Positions 29,166 through 38,635 of a DNA stretch of 43,729 nucleotides are shown one piece after another (within the stretch, counting starts at the first letter, position 1; each line of letters starts with the position of its first letter). Made by a program: the position numbers and the translations under genes. The notes below the pieces were generated by a model. That model was not told where the DNA came from, ran no database searches, and was given only the letters and a program-made list of their open reading frames with translations. The DNA comes from Campylobacterota bacterium (GTDB lineage Bacteria; Campylobacterota; Campylobacteria; Campylobacterales; Arcobacteraceae): positions 1 to 43,729 of the forward strand of contig JBNJFB010000017.1 in assembly GCA_051746405.1 (NCBI GenBank), in the 5' to 3' direction.

Positions 29166-30359
29166 ATGTATAAAAAGTTTTTTTATTTAGTAGTAGTTTC
29201 GGTTTTTAGTCTATTTGTTTTATCGGGGTGTAGTTATACACAAGATAAATTATCAAATGCAAGCAGTAAAGTAAAAAGTTTAATACAAAAGCATAATTTA
29301 GAAGTTGTAGATTATGAATATGTAAATAATGTAATAAATAGCGGCACAAGAAAAACTGCAGATGCAATTATTGTAGATGCAAGACCTGCAAAAATGTATA
29401 AAGCAGGTGCAGTTCCATCAAGTATAAATATCACAGGTGCAAAGTTTGACAGTGAGTATAAGCAGCTAGAAAATGTTGATAAGCAAAAAGAGATAATTGT
29501 TTATTGTGGTGGATGGAAATGTGGTAAAAGTCCAAAAGTTGCTTCAATGTTAAAAAAGAAAGGTTTTATAAATGTAAAACTTTATCAAGCAGGTGAACCA
29601 CAGTGGAGTAAGTTAGACTACGTTGAAGTTGATATTGCAGTAGTAAAAGCAGCACAAAGTAAAAATAGTGCTTTATTGATTGATGCAAGACCATATATGA
29701 AATATTTAGGTGAAACAATTCCTGGAGCTATTTCTATACCTGAGTCAAAAGTTGAAGAGTTAAAAGGTAGATTACCAATTAACAAAAATGAAAAAATTAT
29801 TGTTTTTTGTGAAGGGTATAGCTGTTCAAAATCACATAAACTTGCTTCTAAATTAATAGAGTTAAATTACAGTGATGTTTCTGTTTATGCAGCTGGTATG
29901 CCAAAATGGAAAGAAGAAGGTTTAGCTACAACAAAATCGGGTAAAACAGCAATAAAAGAAACAAACTCAAAACCAAAATTTAGTCCAAATGGAGCTAAAT
30001 TAGGACTAGATAATGGAAGTATTGATGGTGAGTGGCTACATAGTTTAATAAAAAAAGATGAAGTACCATCATATATTCAAATTGTTGATGTAACTTCAAG
30101 TGAGCAGTTTAATAAAGGTCATATAAAAGGTGCTATTAATATAGTAGCTGAAAACTTATCTGCAAAAGAGCTTTATGCTAAGCTACCAAAAGATAAAACT
30201 ATTGTATTTAATTGTACAGCAGGTGGTAGATCAATTGAAGCATGGGTAAAACTAAAAGATGCGGGATATGATGTAAGTGATATCTTCTATTTTGATGCAA
30301 ATGTAGATTGTAAAGGTACTGATTGTAAAATTGAGGTTAATGAAGCTTTAGGATTATAA
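29166..30359 (+). CDS. triple-rhodanese-domain lipoprotein (sulfurtransferase)
   Basis: AGGAGG RBS then ATG 29166; lipobox LSGC. Three DAR/DV...G.I.GA domains with active-site loops YCGGWKC, FCEGYSC and NCTAGGRS. Confidence 0.88.
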   Translation: MYKKFFYLVVVSVFSLFVLSGCSYTQDKLSNASSKVKSLIQKHNLEVVDYEYVNNVINSGTRKTADAIIVDARPAKMYKAGAVPSSINITGAKFDSEYKQLENVDKQKEIIVYCGGWKCGKSPKVASMLKKKGFINVKLYQAGEPQWSKLDYVEVDIAVVKAAQSKNSALLIDARPYMKYLGETIPGAISIPESKVEELKGRLPINKNEKIIVFCEGYSCSKSHKLASKLIELNYSDVSVYAAGMPKWKEEGLATTKSGKTAIKETNSKPKFSPNGAKLGLDNGSIDGEWLHSLIKKDEVPSYIQIVDVTSSEQFNKGHIKGAINIVAENLSAKELYAKLPKDKTIVFNCTAGGRSIEAWVKLKDAGYDVSDIFYFDANVDCKGTDCKIEVNEALGL

Positions 30360-30377
30360 AATATTATAAGCGTAAAA

Positions 30378-30409
30378 AAAAGGGGTAAGATTAAATTCTT
30401 ACCCCTTTT
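30378..30409. terminator. bidirectional terminator between the rhodanese gene and rplT
   Basis: AAAAGGGGTAAGA-ttaaat-TCTTACCCCTTTT with A and T tails. Confidence 0.85.
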
Positions 30410-30438
30410 ATTTCATTTTAGTCATGTAAACTGCAAAT

Positions 30439-30795
30439 TTATTTTAATGCTTCTTTAGCTTGTTTTACTAAAGATGTGAATGCTGCAGAGTCATTCATAG
30501 CCATATCAGCCAATATCTTTCTATCTAATTCAATATTAGCTAATTTAAGACCATTCATAAATCTTGAGTAGTTAATATCATTTAATCTACAAGCAGCATT
30601 GATTCTTATAATCCATAGCCTTTTAAAGTCTCTTTTTTTCTGTTTTCTATCTCTATAAGCGTATACTAAAGAGTGTTCAAGTTGTTCCTTAGCTTTTCTG
30701 AAGTGTTTTCTTCTACCACTAAAAAACCCTTTGGCTTGTTTTAATACTTTTTTGTGTCTTCTTCTTCTTACTATACCAGTTTTTACTCTAGGCAT
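30439..30795 (-). CDS. rplT: 50S ribosomal protein L20
   Basis: MPRVKTG, AYRDRK, LWI.RINAA and DRKILAD. Confidence 0.98.
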   Translation of the reverse strand: MPRVKTGIVRRRRHKKVLKQAKGFFSGRRKHFRKAKEQLEHSLVYAYRDRKQKKRDFKRLWIIRINAACRLNDINYSRFMNGLKLANIELDRKILADMAMNDSAAFTSLVKQAKEALK

Positions 30796-30902
30796 TCTTA
30801 CTTTCCTTTACCATATATTTTTTAATACTAGGTGTCAGTAATCTTTTGTACTGAACTTTTCCACTTATGTGGAGGGACAAACTATTTAGTAAATCTAAAT
30901 AA

Positions 30903-31100
30903 TTATGCTTTATTTAACATTCTTTTTATAGATGTTTCATCTGTTTTTGATACATATTTAGAACTTCTAAGATTTCTTTTTCTCTTAGGAGTTTTTTTAG
31001 TTAAGATGTGGCTTCTGAAAGCTGATCCTCTTTTAATAGAACCATTCTTTTTTACTTTAAATCTTTTTAGAGCACCACTATTTGTCTTCATCTTAGGCAT
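30903..31100 (-). CDS. rpmI: 50S ribosomal protein L35
   Basis: MPKMKTN.GA.KRF and HILTKK..KRKR.LR. Confidence 0.97.
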   Translation of the reverse strand: MPKMKTNSGALKRFKVKKNGSIKRGSAFRSHILTKKTPKRKRNLRSSKYVSKTDETSIKRMLNKA

Positions 31101-31201
31101 GGAAGAATCCTCCTTTAAAAATTTGCAATTTCAATTTAATGAAAAAGTTTGCAATTTTACTTAAAATTTTATTAATTATTGATTAAACTAAATATTGAGA
31201 G

Positions 31202-31225
31202 TAGAAGAGAGTAGGGTCTCTTCTA
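31202..31225 (-). terminator. hairpin after infC
   Basis: TAGAAGAGA-gtaggg-TCTCTTCTA; weak U-tract. Confidence 0.5.
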
Positions 31226-31268
31226 TTATTTAAAGTTTTTATAGGGGTTATTTTGTATATATGATAGA

Positions 31269-31805
31269 CTATTTTTTATCATCTTTTTTAGGGAAAACCA
31301 TCATATTTACAAATCTTCCCTCTTGTTTTGGTAGGTTTTCTCTTACTCCATACTCTTCAAGCATAGGCCATACTCTTTCAAGTACTTCAGCACCTGCTTC
31401 TGGATGAGCCATTTCTCTACCTTTTAAAAATACTCTACATTTTACATGGAAACCTTTTTGAAGGAATTCTATAGCATGCTTAACTTTATAGTTAATATCA
31501 TTATCAGCAATTTTTACAGAAAACTTTACTTCTTTTACAACAATAACTTTCTGTTTTTTCTTAGCCTCTTTTAACTTCTTTTCTTGTTGATATTTAAATT
31601 TACCATAGTCCATAATTTTAGCAACAGGTGGTTTACCATCAGGTGCAATTAAAACCAAATCTAAACCTAACTCATCTGCTGTATCTTGTGCATCTCTTGT
31701 TGGAATGATTCCATAGTTTGTACCATCATCACCTAAACATCTAACCTCTTTTACCATAATATCTTCATTTAAAATTGCATCTTGCTTTTTGTTTTTTCTA
31801 CTCAA
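31269..31805 (-). CDS. infC: translation initiation factor IF-3
   Basis: LDLVLI.P...[18 protein letters not shown] and GRE; TTG start overlapping the thrS stop. Confidence 0.97.
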   Translation of the reverse strand: MSRKNKKQDAILNEDIMVKEVRCLGDDGTNYGIIPTRDAQDTADELGLDLVLIAPDGKPPVAKIMDYGKFKYQQEKKLKEAKKKQKVIVVKEVKFSVKIADNDINYKVKHAIEFLQKGFHVKCRVFLKGREMAHPEAGAEVLERVWPMLEEYGVRENLPKQEGRFVNMMVFPKKDDKK

Positions 31806-33610
31806 ATTCTACTCCCATTTTTAATTTTGTTTAATGTATTAATAAACTCTTCTTTTGTCAAGTTTGACTGCTCTCTTTTTCTTCTATCTCTTAAAGCAAC
31901 AGTTTTGTTTTCAACTTCCTCATCTCCAATTACTACAATCATTGGAACTCTTTGCTTCTCTGCCATTCTTATTCTTTTATTTAAAGACTCATTCATATCA
32001 AATATCTTAGAATCAATCTCATCATAAAGTAGTGCTTTCTCAAGCTCTTTTGCATAAGCCACATGACTACTTGAAATTGGTATAAATATAACTTGTGTTG
32101 GTGCAATGGCAAACGGAAACTCTCCAGCGCAATGCTCTGTTAAAATACCAATAAATCTTTCAAATGAACCAAGAATTGCCCTATGAATCATTACAGGTTG
32201 CTCTTTATGTCCTTCATCATTTATAAATTCAACATTAAATCTACTAGGAAGATTCATATCAACTTGCACTGTACCACACTGCCATTTTCTTCCAATTGCA
32301 TCTGTTATTTTAATATCAATTTTTGGTCCATAAAATGCTCCACCACCCTCATCAATACCATAAGGAAGATTTTCTTCATCAAGTGCATCCATAATACCTT
32401 TTGTAGTCTTTTCCCAAAACTCATTATCACCAATAGCTTTTTGAGGTTTGGTAGAGACTTCCATTTCATACTTAAAGTCAAATAGTTTCATTAATGATTC
32501 AACAAACTCTAAAACTTCTAAAATTACATCTTTAACTTGTGATTGCATACAGAATATATGAGCATCATCTTGAGTAAACTCTCTTACTCTAAATAGTCCA
32601 TGCATTGCACCACTCATTTCATGTCTATGAACAACACCATACTCAAATAGCTTTTTTGGTAAATCTTTATATGAAACAATACTGTTTTTGAAAATCTCTA
32701 TATGTCCTACACAGTTCATAGGTTTTATACCATACTCTTGTTCATCAATTTCAGTAAAGTACATATTCTCTTTATAGTTATCATAGTGACCAGATATTTT
32801 CCACATAGCTGCTTTTAACATCTCAGGACCACGTACAGGCTCATAACCTCTAATTCTATGTGCTTTATATAAAATATGCTCTAATTTTGATCTAAGTCTT
32901 GCACCATTTGGTAACCAAAGTGGTAACCCTGCACCAATATCTTCACTAAATGAAAAAAGCTCAAGTTGAGTTCCTAATTTTCTATGGTCTCTTTTTTTTG
33001 CTTCTTCAAGCATTCTTACATAATCATTTAGCTCTTTTTTATCAAAGAAAGCAATACCATAAATTCTAGTAATCATCTCATTTTCTTCACTACCACCAAG
33101 ATAAGCACCTGCTACTCTTGTTAGTTTAAAGCTTCTAATCATTCTAGTATTTGGTAAATGTGGTCCTCTACATAAGTCTTCAAACTCACCTTGCTTATAT
33201 AAGGTTAATGTATCATCAGTGATATTTTTAAGAACAGCCTGCTTTAATTCATCATTTGCAAACTTCTTTTGTATATCATCTCTAGATGCTTCATATCTTT
33301 CAATTGGAAGTTTTCTACTTGCAATTTCCTTCATCTTTTTTTCAATTTTAGGTAGGTCTTCCTCTGAGATTTTAGAATCAACTTTAAAGTCGTAATAAAA
33401 TCCTTCATTCACTACAGGACCTACAAAAAATTTAGCTTCAGGATATAACTCTTTAATAGCTTGAGCCATCATGTGAGCACATGAGTGTCTTAATATCTCT
33501 AAAGACTCATCAGAATTATCAGCTTTTATCTGATCCCCTTGAATCTTTAAAGCCTCTGCTGTTTGAAGGTCATATATTTGACCATCTTTTAATACACCAA
33601 TAGGTTCCAA
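31802..33610 (-). CDS. thrS: threonine--tRNA ligase
   Basis: [36 protein letters not shown] and [11 protein letters not shown]. Confidence 0.98.
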   Translation of the reverse strand: MEPIGVLKDGQIYDLQTAEALKIQGDQIKADNSDESLEILRHSCAHMMAQAIKELYPEAKFFVGPVVNEGFYYDFKVDSKISEEDLPKIEKKMKEIASRKLPIERYEASRDDIQKKFANDELKQAVLKNITDDTLTLYKQGEFEDLCRGPHLPNTRMIRSFKLTRVAGAYLGGSEENEMITRIYGIAFFDKKELNDYVRMLEEAKKRDHRKLGTQLELFSFSEDIGAGLPLWLPNGARLRSKLEHILYKAHRIRGYEPVRGPEMLKAAMWKISGHYDNYKENMYFTEIDEQEYGIKPMNCVGHIEIFKNSIVSYKDLPKKLFEYGVVHRHEMSGAMHGLFRVREFTQDDAHIFCMQSQVKDVILEVLEFVESLMKLFDFKYEMEVSTKPQKAIGDNEFWEKTTKGIMDALDEENLPYGIDEGGGAFYGPKIDIKITDAIGRKWQCGTVQVDMNLPSRFNVEFINDEGHKEQPVMIHRAILGSFERFIGILTEHCAGEFPFAIAPTQVIFIPISSSHVAYAKELEKALLYDEIDSKIFDMNESLNKRIRMAEKQRVPMIVVIGDEEVENKTVALRDRRKREQSNLTKEEFINTLNKIKNGSRI

Positions 33611-33719
33611 TAAATTCCTTTTTATTTAATTTTTTATTTAAAATTTATCAATTTTATCGCATTGCGACTTAAAGTTAATAAATATAACATATTTTAGTAA
33701 AATTTTGTTACAATAGTGT

Positions 33720-34232
33720 ATGATTTTGAATACAACAAAGATTAAAACTGAAGCTTTATTACTGTTTTGTAAAGATTTGATTAACTCATATAAAAATCAA
33801 CTCCATGATTTAGACAGTTCAAATAGTGAGTTATTAAATGAGTTTAACTCTATAAGTGAAGATATGCTTATTCAAATTAATCAAGTTACATTCTCCACAA
33901 GCTATTACTTAAGTAATAGAAAAAATTTTAGAATAAAAGCTGTATTAACTGCATACAACTTTATAAATAAAGAGCTTTCAAGTCTTTTGAAAAAAAATAG
34001 TGAATTTAATCCCTCTATGTTGTATTTTGCTTTTTTAGCCTTATGGTTTAAAGAGCTAAACAAAGAGAGTAAAACAAAAGCTTATATATATTTTTCTTTA
34101 TATCCATACTCAAAAGCTTATGATGATTTTATAGTAAAAAATAGTGATGAAAACTCAAAGTTTATGAATATAAAAATGATAGAGTTAGCTGAGAAGGTAA
34201 TCTATAAATATGATAAGATATCGATAGTTTAA
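33720..34232 (+). CDS. hypothetical protein
   Basis: 170-aa ORF divergent from thrS, preceded by an extended -10 (TGTTACAAT). Confidence 0.7.
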   Translation: MILNTTKIKTEALLLFCKDLINSYKNQLHDLDSSNSELLNEFNSISEDMLIQINQVTFSTSYYLSNRKNFRIKAVLTAYNFINKELSSLLKKNSEFNPSMLYFAFLALWFKELNKESKTKAYIYFSLYPYSKAYDDFIVKNSDENSKFMNIKMIELAEKVIYKYDKISIV

Positions 34233-34263
34233 AACCTAAGAGTAAAACTATTACCCTTAAGTT
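34233..34263 (-). terminator. hairpin between convergent genes
   Basis: Minus strand AACTTAAGGGTAA-tagtt-TTACTCTTAGGTT pairs fully using G-U. Confidence 0.6.
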
Positions 34264-34290
34264 CTTAATTGAAAAGTTATGATATTAAAA

Positions 34291-34611
34291 TTAACAAGAA
34301 GGAACATTTCCTGAATCATTTGCGTACTCATAAGAGAAGTCAAATAAGTGTGGAACCCATCCATCTTTTATATCACTTTGTTTAACATTTGGACATATTT
34401 TCATAAACTCTTTTTTAAAGTTTCCATTATCTTTAATATTTTGCCACTCTTGTTGTGAATGTTTAGCTGCAAACTTTGCACCATCAAATCCACAAGGAGC
34501 TTTAAACTTTAAAATAAAAATCTTTTGTCCCTTTTTAGAACTTGCACTTAGTGTAGAAACACTTAAACCCAAAACTAATACACTTGCTAAAAGTATCTTT
34601 AATAGTTTCAT
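34291..34611 (-). CDS. small exported protein ending in DSGNVPSC (106 aa)
   Basis: AGGAG RBS then ATG 34611; signal peptide MKLLKILLASVLVLGLSVSTLSA; three Cys but no CxxCH. Confidence 0.8.
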   Translation of the reverse strand: MKLLKILLASVLVLGLSVSTLSASSKKGQKIFILKFKAPCGFDGAKFAAKHSQQEWQNIKDNGNFKKEFMKICPNVKQSDIKDGWVPHLFDFSYEYANDSGNVPSC

Positions 34612-34693
34612 TTTTTCTCCTAATCTTAGTTTAGATACAATTATAGCTAATATATATAAATAAAATCTTATATAAAATATCAAAAAGAGTGAA

Positions 34694-36028
34694 ATGAATA
34701 TGAAATACTTTTTATTAGAACAAGTTGTAGAGTATCTTGATAAAAATGCCCATAAAATAAAGCAGTGTAAAAGAATTGACAATAATACAATTATAATTGA
34801 ATTTAATAATTCAAATATAGTATATTTTGATATGACAAAGGGAAATAGCAAAGTTTTCAAATCAAAAAATGAGTTAAAATCAAAAAAAGATTTTAATGCA
34901 CCCTTTGATATTGTCTTACAAAAGCGGTTTAATAACTCCAAAGTAAAAGAGATAAAACTCTATAACAGTGATAAAATAATAAATATAGATGTGATTTCAA
35001 CTTCATCTTATAAGGAGTTAAAAACAACATTACAACTAGAGTTCACAGGTAAAAATACAAATATTGTAATATTAGATGAAAATAGAGTAATTCTTGAAGC
35101 TTTAAGACATATAGATGAATTCTCTTCAATAAGAGTAGTAAAAGTAGGAATAAAGCTTGATGAGATACCTAAAAATGATTTTAAATTTGAGAAGAATAGA
35201 GTAGAAAATATTGAAAAATATTTGTATGAAACCTATGAGCAAATGCAACAGAAGAATCTAAAAAATATAAAAAATCAAAAAATAAATCAAATCCAAAAGA
35301 AAGTTAAGAAATTAACACAGACCTTAAATAGTTTACCAAAAAAAGAGGATTTAAAAGAGCAATCAACCCAGCTATATGAAAAAGCAAACTTAATCCTTGC
35401 AAGCTTACATGATATAAAGCCATATCAAAAAGAGTTAAAAACTTTTGATTATGAGGGAAAAGAAGTAGTAATAAAATTAAAAGAGTCCTCAACTATTTCA
35501 AACTACACAAATGAACTTTTTAATAAAGCTAGAAAGGCTAAACAAAAAGCTGCAAATATATCTTTAGAAAAAGATAACCTAAATCAAAAAGTAGCTTTTT
35601 TAGAAAAAATGATTCAAAACCTAAAAAGTTGTAACTCTATAGATGAGTGTGAATTTCTTGTACCTAAAAAACAGAGAAATAAGACAAAAACAGTAAAATC
35701 ACAACCATATGAGAGCTTTTTTTACGAAGGCTATAAAATAATGTTAGGGAGAAGTCAAAGGGAGAATATCTACTTACTTGAAAACTCAAAGGCGAGTGAC
35801 TTTTGGTTTCATTTAAAAGATACACCATCATGTCATGTGATAGTACAAAATACAAAAAAACAAATCCCTGATAGTATTATACAAGAAGCAGCAAAACTGT
35901 GTGCAAAATTTTCAATAGCATCAACAGGAACATATGAAGTTGATTTTACACAAAGAAGAAATGTAAAAATTCAATCAGGAGCAAATGTATTATATAATCC
36001 ATATTCAACTGTTGTTGTTAAAATTTAA
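34694..36028 (+). CDS. NFACT-family (RqcH/FbpA-like) RNA-binding protein
   Basis: LEFTGKNTN.VILD in the N-domain, a coiled coil, and C-terminal GRS..EN, D.WFH.KD.PS.HV. Start is 34694 or 34700. Confidence 0.88.
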   Translation: MNMKYFLLEQVVEYLDKNAHKIKQCKRIDNNTIIIEFNNSNIVYFDMTKGNSKVFKSKNELKSKKDFNAPFDIVLQKRFNNSKVKEIKLYNSDKIINIDVISTSSYKELKTTLQLEFTGKNTNIVILDENRVILEALRHIDEFSSIRVVKVGIKLDEIPKNDFKFEKNRVENIEKYLYETYEQMQQKNLKNIKNQKINQIQKKVKKLTQTLNSLPKKEDLKEQSTQLYEKANLILASLHDIKPYQKELKTFDYEGKEVVIKLKESSTISNYTNELFNKARKAKQKAANISLEKDNLNQKVAFLEKMIQNLKSCNSIDECEFLVPKKQRNKTKTVKSQPYESFFYEGYKIMLGRSQRENIYLLENSKASDFWFHLKDTPSCHVIVQNTKKQIPDSIIQEAAKLCAKFSIASTGTYEVDFTQRRNVKIQSGANVLYNPYSTVVVKI

Positions 36029-36086
36029 ATAAAAGCCAAACTTTAGTATAATCTTAGTTATATAATGAAATAACAAGGTTTACTAA

Positions 36087-36845
36087 ATGGCTAATATACT
36101 AAAAGATAGTTCTACTAGAATAAAAACAGGTTTAATTTTAATAGTTGCAATGTTAATCGTAGGATACATAGACTCTTACTTTGTGATGTGGGCACTTTTT
36201 GGTGTTTTACTTATGATTTCAATATCTGAATCAAAAAAGCTTTTTCAATTAGAAGGTGATAGTATATATATCTATACTGCTCTTTTATGGTTTGCAGCTT
36301 ACTTTTACCCAGTTCCCCAAGATTTAATTTTTATTGTTGCTATTGGTTACGCTTCCCAACTAGCTTATAAAAAAAGTATTGATAAAAAGATGTTTTTACC
36401 TCTACTTTATCCAACAGCCTCTTTTGTTTTCTTACTAGCACTTTATAGTGAGTATGGAGTTATGACTCTATTGTGGCTTCTTGTTATAGTAGCAGGTGCA
36501 GATACAGGGGCGTATTTTGTAGGTAAAAGTATAGGAAAGACAAAGTTTAGCCAAACAAGTCCTAATAAGACAATTGAAGGTGTTTTAGGTGGAGTTGTAA
36601 CAGCAGGTATTTTGGGTACTATCTTTGCCCATGATAATTTAAGTATAGTTATGGCTATTTTAATATCAGTTATTGTTGCATTTACTTCTGTATTTGGTGA
36701 TTTATTTGAATCATATCTTAAAAGAGAAGCAGGCATAAAAGATAGTGGAAATATTCTACCTGGTCATGGTGGAATATTAGATAGAACAGATGGTTATCTA
36801 TTTGGAGCAATTGTTATGTTAGTTTTACTTAGGATTGTAATGTGA
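36087..36845 (+). CDS. cdsA: phosphatidate cytidylyltransferase
   Basis: DTGAYFVG, SPNKT.EG and GDLFES.LKR..GIKDSG.ILPGHGGILDR.D. Confidence 0.96.
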   Translation: MANILKDSSTRIKTGLILIVAMLIVGYIDSYFVMWALFGVLLMISISESKKLFQLEGDSIYIYTALLWFAAYFYPVPQDLIFIVAIGYASQLAYKKSIDKKMFLPLLYPTASFVFLLALYSEYGVMTLLWLLVIVAGADTGAYFVGKSIGKTKFSQTSPNKTIEGVLGGVVTAGILGTIFAHDNLSIVMAILISVIVAFTSVFGDLFESYLKREAGIKDSGNILPGHGGILDRTDGYLFGAIVMLVLLRIVM

Positions 36846-37909
36846 TTATTTTAGGAAGTACAGGCTCAATTGGTATTAATACCTTAAATATTGCTAGGAA
36901 ATTTAATTTAAACGTTGAAGTTTTAGTAGCAGGTAGAAATATAGAGGTATTAAACAGTCAAATTCAAGAGTTTAATCCTAAAAAAGTAGTAATAGCAAAA
37001 AAAGAGGATCTTCATAAAGTTGTTCATTCAAATGTCTCTTATGGACAAGAGTCTATCTTAGATGCAATTGAACAAAGCTCTTCAAAAACTGTGGTTAATG
37101 CACTTGTGGGTTTTTTGGGGCTAAAACCAACTTTAAAAGCAATAGATTGTAATAAAAGGTTAGCTTTAGCAAATAAAGAGTCTTTAGTCGTAGCAGGAAA
37201 ATTTATAAATCAAAAAAACTTAAGTCCCATAGATAGTGAACACTTTGGGTTATGGTATTTGCTTCAAGATAAGCAAATTGATTCTATGTGTATAACTGCA
37301 AGTGGTGGTGCATTTAGGGATTATCCATTAGAAAAACTAAAAAATGTATCAATAAAAGAAGCATTAACACATCCAAACTGGTCAATGGGAAATAAAATTA
37401 CAATAGATAGTGCAACAATGACAAATAAGATGTTTGAGCTAATGGAAGCAGCATGGCTTTTTAATATAAATAAATTAGATGCAATAATCGAAACAAAATC
37501 TTTAATACATGCTATGATTAATTTTAAAGATGGAAGTACAACAGCACATATAGCAAATGCTTCAATGCAACTACCAATAGCATATGCAATTAATAAAAAG
37601 TGCAACGAAGAGATTTTACCTCCTGTGGATTTAGTAAAAACAGGCTCTTTGGAGTTTAGGGAAATTAAAAAAGATAGGTATCCAATTTGGGAAGTTAAAG
37701 ATGAAATACTTAATAATATGGATTTAGGAGTAGTTTTAAACGCTGCAAATGAAGTTGCAGTTTCTAAGTTTTTAAATTCACAAATAGGCTTTTTAGATAT
37801 TTCACAAATCACACTAAAAGCAATACAGAAATATAAAGATATAAAACTAAATAGTATTGATGATATTTTTGAAGCTGATAAAGAGATAAGAGGTTATTAT
37901 GGGTCTTGA
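36842..37909 (+). CDS. dxr: 1-deoxy-D-xylulose-5-phosphate reductoisomerase
   Basis: LGSTGSIG, LANKESLV, PIDSEH and HPNWSMG.KITIDSA. Confidence 0.97.
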   Translation: MIILGSTGSIGINTLNIARKFNLNVEVLVAGRNIEVLNSQIQEFNPKKVVIAKKEDLHKVVHSNVSYGQESILDAIEQSSSKTVVNALVGFLGLKPTLKAIDCNKRLALANKESLVVAGKFINQKNLSPIDSEHFGLWYLLQDKQIDSMCITASGGAFRDYPLEKLKNVSIKEALTHPNWSMGNKITIDSATMTNKMFELMEAAWLFNINKLDAIIETKSLIHAMINFKDGSTTAHIANASMQLPIAYAINKKCNEEILPPVDLVKTGSLEFREIKKDRYPIWEVKDEILNNMDLGVVLNAANEVAVSKFLNSQIGFLDISQITLKAIQKYKDIKLNSIDDIFEADKEIRGYYGS

Positions 37910-38168
37910 TTTAATTATACCATTTTCAATCCTGCTTATTTTGGTTGTATATTTGATTTATACAAGAAGTAAATTTGAGAAAAATATTGTACAATTATAT
38001 GAAAAGAAGTTTCAAGAGTGGAAATCAAATAGCTCTAAGGAACAAAGTCCATCTTATAAAGAGCTTGTTGGAATAGTTTATAAAGAAGAGTATAAAATAA
38101 AAATAGAGCTTTTAAAAAAAGATGAAAAAGATAAACTTCTAAAAGGTAAGTTTGATATATGTGAATAA
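37899..38168 (+). CDS. small hypothetical protein with an N-terminal TM
   Basis: 89-aa ORF overlapping the dxr end, with GAGG RBS. Confidence 0.7.
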   Translation: MGLDLIIPFSILLILVVYLIYTRSKFEKNIVQLYEKKFQEWKSNSSKEQSPSYKELVGIVYKEEYKIKIELLKKDEKDKLLKGKFDICE

Positions 38169-38194
38169 GGAAAAATTATGTATAAAATAGTTTT
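38165..38194 (+). repeat. 30-bp direct repeat, copy 1 (stop, RBS and first codons)
   Basis: ATAAGGAAAAATTATGtATAAAAtAGTTTT; 28/30 identical to 38606-38635. Confidence 0.8.
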
Positions 38195-38609
38195 GAGTCT
38201 TCTTGTTTTAACAGTAACTTTAACTGCAGCAATATTTAGACAAAATAGTCAAGATGTGGTAGTTGACACAACTAGAAGTTTAATGTGGCAAGATAACATA
38301 GAAGCTGTTGATGTTCAAAAAACCCATGAAAATGCATTAAGCTATTGTGATAATTTAAACTTTGCAGGATATACAAACTGGAGACTTCCTAAAGCACAAG
38401 AGTACAAATCTATTGTAAATAAGTCAAATGAGAAAAACTATATAGATTATGCTTTTAAATATAACTTACCAACAGGTTACTGGGCGCATAAAGCTCATTG
38501 GAGAACCTTATGGTTTTATGCAGATTATATGAATTTTATAAGTGGAACACTATACTTTGATAGTAGGCACAAAAAGAAATTTGTTCGATGTGTTAGAGAT
38601 ATGAGATAA
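38178..38609 (+). CDS. exported DUF1566 (Lcl/C-type-lectin-like) domain protein
   Basis: Signal peptide, V.D....LMWQ, A..YC..L...GY..WRLP...E, YW and terminal VRCVR. Confidence 0.85.
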   Translation: MYKIVLSLLVLTVTLTAAIFRQNSQDVVVDTTRSLMWQDNIEAVDVQKTHENALSYCDNLNFAGYTNWRLPKAQEYKSIVNKSNEKNYIDYAFKYNLPTGYWAHKAHWRTLWFYADYMNFISGTLYFDSRHKKKFVRCVRDMR

Positions 38610-38635
38610 GGAAAAATTATGAATAAAAAAGTTTT
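38606..38635 (+). repeat. 30-bp direct repeat, copy 2
   Basis: ATAAGGAAAAATTATGaATAAAAaAGTTTT. Confidence 0.8.

Noticed and set aside
34612..34941. N-terminal extension of the 216-aa ORF
   Set aside because: It overlaps the divergent NFACT gene; the AGGAG RBS and signal peptide place the start at 34611.
38178..38609. DUF1566 gene as a diversity-generating retroelement target
   Set aside because: No reverse transcriptase and no second copy of its 3' end in the window. The sqr repeat differs at C/T, not at adenines.
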